64,000 nucleotides of DNA, taken from Candidatus Poribacteria bacterium. Lineage in GTDB: Bacteria; Poribacteria; WGA-4E; PCPOR2b. The stretch is from positions 4,288,001-4,352,000 of the forward strand of contig OZ244587.1 of assembly GCA_965218095.1 (NCBI GenBank), given 5' to 3'. The translations under genes and the position numbers were made by a program. Of this stretch, positions 53,440 through 64,000 are shown piece after piece (positions within the stretch are counted from its first letter, which is position 1; each line of letters opens with the position of its first letter). The notes beneath the pieces were generated by a model. That model was not told where the DNA came from, did no database searches, and saw only the letters and a list, made by a program, of their open reading frames with translations.

Positions 53440-54561
53440 TTAACGCTTCACAAAGCGAGCGGGTGAGAAAATCTTCATTGGCTTATCCCAATGCCCGTCT
53501 ACTATCAGTTCTTTGATAATTTTTGCGGTAATCGGACTGCCGGTGATGCCCATCGTAAAGTGCCCGGTTGCCACAGCGACATTTTCCCATTCAGGGAGTG
53601 CGCCAATCACCGGGAGACCATCCGCGCAGAAGGGTCGCAAGCCGGACCACATCCGATTGATGCGCCCATCACGCAAACGCGGCACCACAGCAGAACCCCT
53701 TTCCAGTATGTCAGCGACGCCTTCGGGGGTATTGCGTTTATCAAAGCCGACATGTTCAATCGTCGCCCCAACGTAGAACGAACCGTCTGCTTTTGGGATA
53801 ACCGTCCCTTTGCTGGAATTGATGGGGCGTTGGAGTAGACGCTCAATGGTTGTAACAGCCAACATCTGTCCACGCGACGGGGCAACGGGAATGGTAATGT
53901 CCAACGCTTCGCAGAAGGTCCGGCTCCATGCCCCCATTGCTATCACCAGATGTCCTGCTGCAATCTCTCCTTCGTTGGTTTGGAGGGCGGAGAAACGCCG
54001 GCCAGACCTGCCAATGCCGGTGGCAAGACATCCCTCAAGAACACGTGCTTTTCGGAGGGAAGCGGCTCTCGCCAGCGCCAAAACCAGACGGCCATTATTG
54101 ATGTATGCCTCATCGTGGGAAAAGATGCCGCCACAAACCGTTGGCGCCAGTTCGGGTTCAAGGGAATGTATCTCCGCTTTGTCCAGCCATGTCATCGCCA
54201 TCCCAAACATTTTCTGCCATATTTGGAAGCGCGCAAATACCTCTGCCTCCTCCGCCTCGCTTGTGGAAATCCTGAGAATTCCAGAGGTGATATGTTCCAC
54301 ATCGATTCCCGTTTCCTGTTGGAGCGCCGGTACGAATGAGGGAAACATCCGTGTCGAAGCTAGGTGAAGATCGAAGAGCTCCCGCTTCTCCGCCGCCATG
54401 TGTAAGGGCACCAGTAGCCCCGCAGCCGCGCTGGAAGCCTCCGCTCCGACCTGACCTTTCTCCACGACGACAACCTCAAGTCCCGCCTTCGAGAGCTCGT
54501 AAGCAATGAAACACCCAATAACGCCACCGCCAACCACAACCACATCCACTGTTTGATTCAT
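53440..54561 (-). CDS. thiO: Glycine oxidase ThiO / DAO family
   Basis: GGGVIG, ASSAAAG, RGQ, WSGLRP and ATGH. Confidence 0.75.
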   Translation of the reverse strand: MNQTVDVVVVGGGVIGCFIAYELSKAGLEVVVVEKGQVGAEASSAAAGLLVPLHMAAEKRELFDLHLASTRMFPSFVPALQQETGIDVEHITSGILRISTSEAEEAEVFARFQIWQKMFGMAMTWLDKAEIHSLEPELAPTVCGGIFSHDEAYINNGRLVLALARAASLRKARVLEGCLATGIGRSGRRFSALQTNEGEIAAGHLVIAMGAWSRTFCEALDITIPVAPSRGQMLAVTTIERLLQRPINSSKGTVIPKADGSFYVGATIEHVGFDKRNTPEGVADILERGSAVVPRLRDGRINRMWSGLRPFCADGLPVIGALPEWENVAVATGHFTMGITGSPITAKIIKELIVDGHWDKPMKIFSPARFVKR

Positions 54562-54742
54562 CTGCCTCTCCTTCTGTTACGATAATCGCCATCTGCAAAA
54601 TCTCGGAATGAGTAGTTTTAGGCTTTTTACATTTTTTGCTTGATATATCTTGTGCCTTTTTGTTAGGATGTTTTACGTTACATGCTTACATATATGCTAA
54701 GATACTTTAACCTGAAAAAGTTAGGTGGTGAGAAAAATAAAG

Positions 54743-55072
54743 ATGTTGAGAAAACGCTTTTTAACCTTACTTTTGTTGGTTGTTTTACTTTCATGTGATA
54801 AAAGGGATAAGCAAACTGATGAGATTCCGGTATACCAACTTGAGGCTTTTGTAAGGACTGAAGGTGAAGCAATGACGACTCGGGTAGGGCGGATAGTGAA
54901 TGGTGATTATGAGGATGCGAAAGGCCTCTGTGATGATATTCGTGATGAACGGATAGCATTTGACAAAAAGATGAAGAAGGCTTTGGGTTTGACAGTACCT
55001 GGTTATAACGCTTGGATGTATCTACACGACGATCAAACTGCAAAAATTCCTGCAATGAAGTTACAAACGTAA
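54743..55072 (+). CDS. Hypothetical lipoprotein, low GC
   Basis: Lipobox LLSC. Confidence 0.55.
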   Translation: MLRKRFLTLLLLVVLLSCDKRDKQTDEIPVYQLEAFVRTEGEAMTTRVGRIVNGDYEDAKGLCDDIRDERIAFDKKMKKALGLTVPGYNAWMYLHDDQTAKIPAMKLQT

Positions 55073-55639
55073 GTATCATGATGCTGTTTGGAAACTAGAA
55101 AAGCGGTGTTATGCTTTCCTTAAAAATAAGAAGTGATGGGAGAATCTCATAATTCTCACAATTTATGAAGGTTGTATGATGGTTAGGATAGCTAAGCCTT
55201 CTAATTCCTTAGATGAAATTCGAGATCTTCTGAAAGAAGCTGTTGAAATTGGATAATGTAGTATTTTACGCTACAAAAAAATTATAAGCCCACATCTAAG
55301 TAACCCCCAAAATCTTACACATTATATGCTATTCATTATCTCACATTGCAACGAACTTTGCAATGTTGAAAATGTTCTGATACAAATTCCCCACGAGAAA
55401 AAACAGGTTGAATTTCGGTGTTATCGGTCGTAAACTTTGCGATGAAATGATTCGGCGATACATTCACCCCAAAACTACCAATCGAAAGGAGGTGGCTCTA
55501 CTCAATCGTCGGCAAACCCGTGAGTATTTGCCGACGACTCATACTTGAAGTCTGTCTGGACCTGTTTTTTCTGGGTCAGCCCCTCGGCAAACTCGATTGA
55601 GCCCATGCGTGGGGAATTTGTAATGTTCTGAGTTTTTTA

Positions 55640-55668
55640 TTGACTTAATTTCTCCCCTGCGCTACACT
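55640..55668 (+). promoter_or_regulatory. sigma70 promoter
   Basis: TTGACT-17-TACACT. Confidence 0.55.
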
Positions 55669-55747
55669 ATTAAAGATTCGCACGCGGAACAAGCAGCCGG
55701 CTTGCCCTGCAATTCAATCTGCCACAATACCGGAAGGAGAATGAACC

Positions 55748-56383
55748 ATGTCCTTCTTGAGAAAAAGCTGGGCATTCACAATTGCTCTGGTCATTTTGCT
55801 TGGCATCGGAGCATTCACGCTATACAGCACCAGCAAAAAAACCGACCCGATAAGGGTCTATGAGTTACCGGGGTCAAGTTCTCGCAGTGCTGTTGCGTCG
55901 CAAGTGGCACAGGTCAGAACGCCACCCGGTGCATCGACGCAAGAGAACTGGCTCCGCAACGACAACGTTGCCACGACGCTAAATCCTCCAACTGATGTAC
56001 CGGCGGAAGAGAACTTGGCAGAAACCGTTCAGGTCGCACAACACAACAGCGACACCCGCTCGGGGGATGACCCAACCTTCTCTCACTCGAATCCTGTGCC
56101 GCGCGAAGCTATAGAAGACGCAAGGCGTGATTTGGAATGGTTCGACGCTTCAGATAAGTATTATGAAAAATTCTCGGTACTTGATGCGGAATTTGATAAA
56201 TTGCAAGAAGAGTTTCATTCACTTATGTCCCGTGATTTAGACCAAACCCTTCGTGATTTGGCTGACCCTTCTTATTTACCTAGGCTGAAGGCTTGGCAGG
56301 CCAAAATGGAGGCTTGGGAGAAAAAGGACGAGGAATTGTATCGAGAAAAACCAGTTCGTCCAATTCCCACCCACATACACTAA
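55748..56383 (+). CDS. Hypothetical membrane-anchored protein
   Basis: RBS AAGGAG; N-terminal TM; helical C-terminus. Confidence 0.7.
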   Translation: MSFLRKSWAFTIALVILLGIGAFTLYSTSKKTDPIRVYELPGSSSRSAVASQVAQVRTPPGASTQENWLRNDNVATTLNPPTDVPAEENLAETVQVAQHNSDTRSGDDPTFSHSNPVPREAIEDARRDLEWFDASDKYYEKFSVLDAEFDKLQEEFHSLMSRDLDQTLRDLADPSYLPRLKAWQAKMEAWEKKDEELYREKPVRPIPTHIH

Positions 56384-56439
56384 GCCGAAGTCTATTTATG
56401 AAAGGAGTCAACTCATTTTTCATTTCATTTGCTTCCGTC

Positions 56440-56720
56440 TTAACCCATTCTGCTTGATCCATCGAGTTGCCAGTTCCCCTTGATGGCATAGATATTGATT
56501 TGTTGACTCGAAGCAACCGTCAGAATCTCCATACACTCCAGCATTGACCGCCCCAACCGAGATAACTCGCTGACGATTATATGATCACCAACTTGTAAAT
56601 CCTTAATCACACCTCCAATCTTTCGTTTTCTACAACTGACCCGTCCACTGACAATCTCTTCCACCCAAACGACCTGCCCCAGTTTTTTCTCGTTCGCAAA
56701 GAGCAGAATCTCTGCTTTAT
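56440..56720 (-). pseudogene. Serine recombinase (resolvase) fragment
   Basis: GDHIIVSELSRLGRS. Confidence 0.8.
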
Positions 56721-57128
56721 GTACTTACCCCCATTGTCTAGACAAATGTTGGGCAAAACTTGCTCTGTGGATGGAGAAAAACGCACTCACATCTCTGAAA
56801 ATTCGTGTCCAACAAAATTTCTTCTGGATGTTTGCGCTATTTTAGCTTATAATACTTCCGAGAAATAATGTCAAGAGGGTTTAGCGCGACGATTAAAGCC
56901 AATTGGAGGGCATGAGAACGCTTGAATTTCTGTTCTCGTTGCCACTGTTTCTCAAACGAAAATAACTCACGATGGAGTTTCTCTGTGGGACTACAACGGA
57001 GTATCTCACAGCGTTCACAGGTAATCATGTCATTTCCAAATGAAATGGCGTAAATAACAACTCAGAGACAACGGTGTTATCTGACAGATGCCCTGGCTTC
57101 TCAAACCCCATGATGAAAAGAGAAGAAA

Positions 57129-57555
57129 ATGGCGCGAGCGGAACATGATGATACTGTCAAGGCACACTGACTGGTACACTGGAAGATGGCACCGTGTTCG
57201 ATTCATCGATGAACCGTGAACCACTAGAATTTACAATCGGTGAGGGGAAGCCAATCCCCGGGTTTGAACAAGTGGTTCTTAGGATGAGTCCTAGCGAGTC
57301 AAACACCGAAACGGTGTCAGTTTCCCAGGTATACGGCCCACACCGGGAAAATGGTACTGGAGGTTGATAGAGAACAGATACCGCTAGACCTGAAACCCGG
57401 AAGTCGGTCAGCAATTACAAGTTTGCCGCGAGAATGGATAGACAATCCAGGTTGTGGTTACTGATGTTTCTGAATTGAAGGTAACATTAGATGCCAATCA
57501 TCCGCTGGCGGGAAAAGATCTCATTTTCCAGATTCAACTTCTTGAGATTACTTAG
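57129..57555 (+). pseudogene. FKBP-type PPIase (SlyD/FkpB-like), multiple frameshifts
   Basis: GTLEDGTVFDSS, PLEFTIGEG and [11 protein letters not shown] across frames. Confidence 0.85.
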
Positions 57556-57664
57556 ACGCCTCATCTATACCATGAGGCCCACCGAAATCAATCCTGGGCT
57601 TGCTTTGCGAAGCCCAGAAACGTTTGCAAATTTTGAACAACATCTTTTGAGAGAGGAAATTCAG

Positions 57665-57976
57665 ATGAATATTTATGTCGGTAATCTGTCATTTGATGCT
57701 ACGGATGAGGACTTGCAAGAGGCTTTTAAAGCCTTCGGACAGGTTGAATCCGCTCAAGTGATTCAAGACAACTACAGTGGACGATCCAGAGGATTTGGAT
57801 TCGTCGAAATGCCTGACAAGGAAGAAGCAGAGGCGGCGATTTCCCAGTTAGATGGAACAGAGTTAATGGGACGGGCTCTGAAAGTAAATGAGGCCCGCCC
57901 TCGTTCTCAGCGCCGCGATCGAGGCAGAGGAGGAGGAGGAGGAAGAGGTCGGAATGATGACCGCAACAGATGGTAA
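57665..57976 (+). CDS. RRM RNA-binding protein with Gly/Arg tail
   Basis: RNP2 IYVGNL and RNP1 RGFGFVEM. Confidence 0.95.
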   Translation: MNIYVGNLSFDATDEDLQEAFKAFGQVESAQVIQDNYSGRSRGFGFVEMPDKEEAEAAISQLDGTELMGRALKVNEARPRSQRRDRGRGGGGGRGRNDDRNRW

Positions 57977-58002
57977 ATGATGCTTTGGCTCGATAAGTTT
58001 AT

Positions 58003-58043
58003 AAAAGAAGCACCGGGTGATATCATCCACCCGGTGCTTTTTT
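58003..58043 (+). terminator. Intrinsic terminator
   Basis: AAGCACCGGGTG...CACCCGGTGCTTTTTT. Confidence 0.88.
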
Positions 58044-58410
58044 AGTTCGATACGTTGTTTAGCCTGCTTTCCCAGGACAGACTGACCGTAACTTCACGTC
58101 TCAGCCGTGAGGATTCATAGAGCCAATCAAAAATCCCGTTAGTGTACAGGAAGGTGTCCCCAAGAATGGGAGAGGGACGTTCTTCACGGATGGCTCTCAC
58201 GAATTGCTTGATTTCATAACAATATCTGTGCTTCCTTCCGGAAGTTCAGCCGGTGTGACATCCTGTAAATTGCTGTATTCCCCGTGCGATAGACGAAGCT
58301 TCGGTTCTGAATCGAAGGGAAAGATTTCAACAACTCCACGGCTGCCAGCAATCCTCATTTGCCATTAATCCGGGAAATTATACTGCGGACGGTCACAAAT
58401 GACGCTTTCG
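58042..58410 (-). pseudogene. C-terminal remnant of a Gfo/Idh/MocA oxidoreductase
   Basis: YEIKQFVRAIREERPSP...LYESSRLRREV. Confidence 0.5.
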
Positions 58411-58630
58411 TCGCCTGAATCCCCGATGGATCGGGATTTCGCTTCACTCAACTTGCATCTGGCATTGATACAGGATTCAAGATGCAAAATGGTGGTGGTG
58501 TAAGTTATGACCTATCGTAGTATAGTACGCGTCCGAGAATCGGATACACTCTACGATTTTTATCTGTCTCAGGGAAAATGGGTAACATTATTCTGACCAT
58601 TGCACAATCTTGGAAAAAATGAGGAACATC

Positions 58631-59185
58631 ATGACTACAAAGTTAGAAACAGCAACACTCGGCACCGGATGTTTCTGGTGCGTCGAAGCCATTTTTCAAG
58701 ATCTCCAGGGCATACATGAGGTGGTTTCCGGATATGCAGGTGGCACAGTTGAGAATCCGACCTATCAACAGGTTTGCACTGGCACGACCGGTCATGTGGA
58801 AGTCGTGCAGATGACTTTTGAGCCCCAGGTCACTTCATTTGAAGACTTGCTATATGTTTTCTGGCGAACCCATGACCCAACGACCTTGAACCGGCAAGGC
58901 GGCGACGTTGGAACTCAATACCGTTCTGTGATTTTTTATCACAGTAAGCAACAGAAAGCCATCGCAGAAAAATCCAAAAAGGAAACAGATACTTCAGGAT
59001 TATGGCCGAATCCCATCGTCACGGAGATTGAGCCTTTTCCCCATTTTTACCCGGGAGAGACATATCACCAGAATTATTATCGGCTGAATCCCTATCAGCC
59101 ATATTGCCGGTTGGTGATTGACCCTAAAGTTCGGAAATTCAAGAAAGCGTTTCGGGATAAGCTCAAAGATGAGGCGCCCAAATAA
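58631..59185 (+). CDS. msrA: Peptide-methionine (S)-S-oxide reductase
   Basis: GCFWC, HDPT, QYRS and YHQNY. Confidence 0.96.
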   Translation: MTTKLETATLGTGCFWCVEAIFQDLQGIHEVVSGYAGGTVENPTYQQVCTGTTGHVEVVQMTFEPQVTSFEDLLYVFWRTHDPTTLNRQGGDVGTQYRSVIFYHSKQQKAIAEKSKKETDTSGLWPNPIVTEIEPFPHFYPGETYHQNYYRLNPYQPYCRLVIDPKVRKFKKAFRDKLKDEAPK

Positions 59186-59496
59186 GTGAGGAGGGCACCC
59201 TGATTGACTGACAAAACTCGGTCGGATCGATGTCATGGCTCGTTTTATCCGATTTCTCATGCGTTGTGAAAGATGGAAGCCAGGGAGCGAGGGAGCGTGG
59301 AGGCGGGCAAGGGCGAACCTCACAGGATCGCTCTCTCACATATTGGTCTGAATCCCGATCCTATCGGGGCTCGCCCCCTCTGTTGTTTGACAAGCCCCCG
59401 ATGAAGCATTGGGAGCAAAGTGAGTTATGATGCGTATCAAAAGTCACACAAATGTTAGGATGCACTTTCTTTTGACATGAGCCAACCTTTTCAAAG

Positions 59497-60603
59497 TTAA
59501 AAATGCTGCGCCGGCTCAAGCCGTGTTTCACCTATTGTCCGGTCAAATAAATGCACCTTGGTCGGGGTAAAACGAACAGCGATGTGTTCGCCGCGGTCAA
59601 TGCGAGCGTCAGGGTGCGTGCGTGCTTTGAAAGTCGTTCCGTTCAATTTCAATGTCAGAAATAGGTCGCTGCCCAACGGTTCACGTACCACAACGATGGC
59701 GTGGGCAGTAGGTGAGTCGTCAGGCAATACCTCAATATCCTCCGGGCGAATGCCAAGCTGTACTTCGGCGGAAGGGTTTGCGATTAGGCGCTGTGCGGTT
59801 TCCGGCGTAAATTCACAAGCAAATCCTGCGCCTTTCACCCGCCACTGCCCACTTCCATCGTCCTGTAACTCTCCCTCAAAGAAATTCATCGGTGGACTCC
59901 CGACGAAACCAGCAATGAACACATTGGCGGGCTGGTTGTAAATTTCTTCAGGCGTGGCCAGTTGTTGTAGCTTCCCCTTATTAAGTACCGCAATCCGATC
60001 CGACATGATGAGCGATTCAGCCTGGTCGTGGGTGATATAGACGAATGTCTTTTCTAGCTCGACATGCAGCCGCTTGAGTTCAGTGCGCATAGTCACGCGC
60101 AATTTGGCATCGAGGTTCGAGAGAGGTTCGTCAAGCAGGAACACCCGTGGATCGCAGCCGATCGCACGTGCCAGTGCCACCCGTTGTCGCTGCCCACCGC
60201 TGAGTTCACGTGGCTTCCGTTTGAGCAGGTGGTCAATCTCCACTGCCTTTGCCGCCTCCTGCACGCGACGCTCAATCTCATCGCCCGGCATGCGACGCAT
60301 CCGCAAGCCAAAGGCGATGTTATCGTAAACCCGCATGTGTGGGTATAACGCGTAGGTTTGAAAGACCATCGCTATATCGCGTTGCTCCGGTGCCACGTCA
60401 GTTACATTGTCGGTGTCGAAAAACACCTGTCCGTTTGTCGGTGCTTCGAGCCCCGCAATGATGTTCAGCATCGTGGTTTTGCCACAGCCTGACGGCCCCA
60501 GCAAAGTCAGAAACTCGCGGTCTGCAATTTCCAGTGTCAGGCCGTCCACCGCAACGATGTCCCCGAAATGTTTTGTGAGGTGTTCAAGAACAACTTTTGC
60601 CAC
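59497..60603 (-). CDS. Sugar ABC transporter ATP-binding protein (MalK/UgpC-like)
   Basis: GPSGCGKT, LSGGQRQR, DEPLSNLD and TOBE tail. Confidence 0.95.
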   Translation of the reverse strand: MAKVVLEHLTKHFGDIVAVDGLTLEIADREFLTLLGPSGCGKTTMLNIIAGLEAPTNGQVFFDTDNVTDVAPEQRDIAMVFQTYALYPHMRVYDNIAFGLRMRRMPGDEIERRVQEAAKAVEIDHLLKRKPRELSGGQRQRVALARAIGCDPRVFLLDEPLSNLDAKLRVTMRTELKRLHVELEKTFVYITHDQAESLIMSDRIAVLNKGKLQQLATPEEIYNQPANVFIAGFVGSPPMNFFEGELQDDGSGQWRVKGAGFACEFTPETAQRLIANPSAEVQLGIRPEDIEVLPDDSPTAHAIVVVREPLGSDLFLTLKLNGTTFKARTHPDARIDRGEHIAVRFTPTKVHLFDRTIGETRLEPAQHF

Positions 60604-61033
60604 GAAATTTATCCTCTCCCTTGAGAAATCTTAGTCCCTGGTACACTGTGAAATGTGTTCTGACCTATTCCCGCTTCTGGTAGGATCCGGATATGGGAAC
60701 GGGGAAAGGCAATGGATCCACCCTCACCCCCAACCCTCTCCCGTCGTCAAGGGTTCAGGGGCGGACAAGAGGAGAGGGAATGAATGCTCGCTTTCCTGCT
60801 CGTTCCGAAGCTCCCCGATAGATCGGGGCAGGTCCGCCTCGCGGACTCTTGGAACGAAGCTGTGCTCGTCCGATTGCTTTGAATCCTCGATGCTTCATCG
60901 GGATCTGATCGGACTTCGCTCCAACCTGTTTCGGAACGTCATTCAGGAAGCTCTACTTCCCCACTGCGAAGTGGAGCTTCGCCAACGCCGGTTCCCAATT
61001 TACCAAAGTCAAACTATCAGCCATTTATAAAAA

Positions 61034-62329
61034 TTAGGATTCACTGCTTAGCAGGCAGAACCCATGACTCCTCCTGATACCGATTAATGGCGTCTGCATC
61101 ACCCAGGATCGACAGGAAATACGACTGTAGTAAGGCGCCTCCCAGGCCATACCCGTAATGCGTCTGCCATTGAATGGGGACTTCTGCAAGATGAAGATGA
61201 AAGTACCAGTTAAAGGTGCTGATACCATTGGCGCCGTCGTTGTACAAATCCATCGCAAGCTGGCAAATCTCGTCCTTGTAGCGTTGCAATTTTGCTGTAT
61301 CATTGACTTCGATGGGCCCCTTGTACGGGTCCATCTCCCCCAGCTAGGCAGCGGGAACAGGGTCGGATAGATAACGACTGCCTTATCCCTCGCTAATGCG
61401 GCAAACTCGGACGTCTTTGGCGGTCCAGGCCATCTGGGCCAGAACAAGGAGGGACAAACATAATCCACCCATTCTGCTTCAATCTAGGTCGTCACATCCA
61501 ACCCGAGATCTCTACAAGAGATGTCGGTTCTCACGTTTCCGCCCGGATACTCGGTCCCTGGTGCATCCGCCAGAGATGGGCCAACTCGCACTTCCAGAAG
61601 CAATTTCTTTTGCCCCTTTACCCGCGCTGTTTCATCCAACATTTGGTAGGTCTCCCTGACCATCTTCGTTAAGATTAGGTAGTTCTCATGAGGGCTCGAG
61701 ATCATGTGAGTCCAACGATGGAAGTCAAATTCAATTCCATCAATGTCGTACCGCTCGGCGACCTCGGTAAAGATCTTCAGCCGATGCTCGTAGACCTCTG
61801 GAATGGCGGGGTCTAGCGCGCCGGTGTTAGGAATCAACCATTCCGGATGTGCACGCCCAAAATCAGATAGCTTCCAGGTGTGATTGTACCAGCCCTCCGG
61901 ATTCATGCGATAACTGTCCACAATTGGTACGTTGCGTTCGCGGCAGGCTTCGATCGTCAGGGTGAAAGGATCTGTTCCCGATTCGCGCAATTTAATCATG
62001 AAATTGCGTTGACGGATTGCCCTATCATCTTCTACATCAGGTGTGCCGTGGACAAGCGCCGTCGTTTCGACGATGTGCTTGTCAAACGTGTTCTCCACTT
62101 CGGTGGGATAAAGAACCGCTTCGGGCAAGCCCGCGTTCTGGGCGAAAACGCCCGGCTTTGCGTCCAGGATGGCGGTAACCGTTCGCCGGTAATCTTCGGT
62201 GGTACTATTGCTGCCATCCATCCCACAAAGGATGTTATTACTGTCGTTATTAAAAATTGTGCCGAACTTCTTGTTATCCACGAGGACATCTCCCGTTTGA
62301 TGCCATATTGAAAGCGAGTTCCGATCCAC
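61034..62329 (-). pseudogene. GHL10-like TIM-barrel glycoside hydrolase, frameshifted
   Basis: NNDS, SYRMN, HPEW, YDIDGIEFDF and GISTFN in three frames. Confidence 0.7.
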
Positions 62330-62386
62330 TGCAACGAGTTGTTATACCCACTCGATTTTGAAATGACATTATCGGGCAGTTCTATG

Positions 62387-62620
62387 TCATTCTGTGCCGC
62401 TGCCGTTGGGAGCTTCAGAACAGGCTCCCTGTCCAAGCAGTTCCTTCCGTACCTTGGCAACGCAGAGGTCTCTCAGGGGTATCCCCTCCTTAACTGCCAC
62501 GGCGGCTACTACCCACGCCGCTTGCCCTACGGCCGCGGTCATCCCTTGATAGCGCAGCACAGAATAGTCCGGCTGGCCGGTTACCAAAATGCCGTCCAAT
62601 CCCTTGGGTATCAGGCTCCT
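62387..62620 (-). pseudogene. C-terminal fragment of an FAD-dependent oxidoreductase
   Basis: DGILVTG...GQAA...LLGQGA. Confidence 0.6.
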
Positions 62621-62754
62621 GTAGGGAAGTTGCCATCCTCCGGGTGCCTTCCGAGCTTTTCATCCTTTGACGTGCCTCAACCGAATCATCATTGCTTGAG
62701 TTTCGTGAAGCTTTCCACAGCATAGTGTAATTTGGATTTCTATGTGCAAATCGC

Positions 62755-63521
62755 CTACACCAGCCTCCAACGGATGAGAACGAAGCGAGTTTTGCCAATC
62801 ATGAGTTTTTTTTCTAGGGGACCTGTGTACGAGCCGACGAAGATCAGCATCTCCTCCCCGTTAAGGGTGATAGTGAAAGCGTAGCTAGCAGCACTGCCGT
62901 GACAGAGATAGTAGACTTCGTCTTCCCAGGTCTGTCCACCGTCGAGGCTTACCATGGCTCGGCCGCTGGCCAACTCCCTTGGATAGCGGTGGTCGTGGAC
63001 CACCACCACTCGGTCTTCGGAGAGGCCCACCGCCGAGCCAAAACACTGGCCGAAAACAGTGGTCAACTGCCTCAGATTTCTCCACGTCAGACCATCATCC
63101 GCCGAGTCGGCGAGGAAAACATGCTTGTAGGGAAACAGGCTCCTGAAGGTGGCGGTGCCTGTGCGCTCAAAGAGGTCTGGAGGGTTCCCAGGCAGCCTCG
63201 GTCGCTGATAACGGATGACCACCAGCAATTTGCTGGAGGGTAAGGCTGCGATGTTGGTCTCAACGGAGCACCAATCACCCAAGATAGAACGGTATGGGAA
63301 GGTGCGTCCACCATCCTTAGAACGGGAAGCGTACAGGGTGTTCTTACCCGAGATTACGGTGCTCCAATCTTCGCTGATCCGTGCCTCGCTGCTCTGGATA
63401 GGTAGCAGCAACGTGCCGTCTTCAAGTCGAGTCATGCTCCAACTATCGGCTTTCTTGAATGATGTGATGTCAATCTTGCCGATCTGCTCCCAAGTCTTGC
63501 CGTCGTTGTCAGAGTCCCAAC
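62755..63521 (-). pseudogene. Sialidase/BNR Asp-box protein, interrupted by IS5
   Basis: SDNDGKTW, SKDGGRTF, SADDGLTW and SLDGGQTW. Confidence 0.85.
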
Positions 63522-63523
63522 TA

Positions 63524-64000
63524 GGTTCTGTTGACATTTGAGTATAAGGTTGTGGCATAATAGAAGAATGACGCCAATAACCTTACCTGATGAACAATGG
63601 AATAAGATATACCGATTTCTTCTTAGCTGTCCCACCATCTATGTTGGCGACGAAGCTGCTACACGCCGCTTTATCGAAGCGGTTCTCTGGGCGACCCGTA
63701 GTGGTGCTCAATGGAGACTTCTGCCAGACACCTATGGTAAATCGAACACCCTCTATAAGCGGTTTGCTCGGTGGTGCGACAAAGGGGGCTTCACACAGAT
63801 CCACCACCACTTCGCCGCCGACCCCGATATCGAGTCGCTTATTGTGGACAGTACAATCATTCGAGCGCACCCGTGTGCGGCGGGTGCCGAAAAAAAAGGG
63901 TGGCACTGAAAACCAAGCGTTAGGTCGCTCTCGCAGGGGATTCAGTACAAAAATTCACATCACCGTTGACGGCCTGGGTAATCCACTAAGAATACATCTG
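63524..64000 (+). mobile_element. IS5-family copy 6 (runs off the window)
   Basis: Left TIR after CTA; orfA and start of orfB. Confidence 0.93.

Noticed and set aside
55508-55540. c-di-GMP-I riboswitch (GGCAAAC motif)
   Set aside because: Lacks the GAAA tetraloop and GACGCAAAG elements
56730-57030. Transposase remnant
   Set aside because: Suggestive, but no catalytic motif or paired TIR could be identified
57491-57664. N-terminal extension of the RRM protein
   Set aside because: Overlaps the FKBP pseudogene; the RBS and family start point to ATG 57665
60653-61030. 125-aa ORF
   Set aside because: Made of palindromic intergenic repeats; not protein-like
1-64000. Alternative genetic code (TAG or TGA recoded)
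   Set aside because: Intact genes end normally in TAG (pduL, NtrC regulator, TBDR) and TGA, and internal stops are of all three types and accompanied by indels

Overview
Bacterial chromosomal window of roughly 50% GC from a diderm organism. Its gene content (BMC shell plus PduL, PhyH dioxygenase, two Gfo/Idh/MocA oxidoreductases, amidohydrolases, ASPIC/UnbV and DUF4159 proteins) suggests Candidatus Poribacteria or a similar lineage; this is an inference. No rRNA, tRNA or CRISPR was found. The best candidate for an undescribed system is an ExbB/ExbD/ExbD motor with no canonical TonB. It sits downstream of a 1,110-aa putative lipidated, Ca-binding beta-barrel, and two proteins in the window have a TonB-type membrane anchor and linker but end in a DUF4159 domain. 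Other notable content: two near-identical sigma54 promoters plus an orphan NtrC-type activator; a satellite microcompartment operon (BMC-H, PduL with a Cys cluster, flavoprotein); six copies of one IS5-family element in two mosaic variants with opposite frameshift requirements; and heavy gene decay (more than 15 pseudogenes or fragments, with recurring Trp-to-stop changes). All family assignments come from motif recognition by eye, not database searches.
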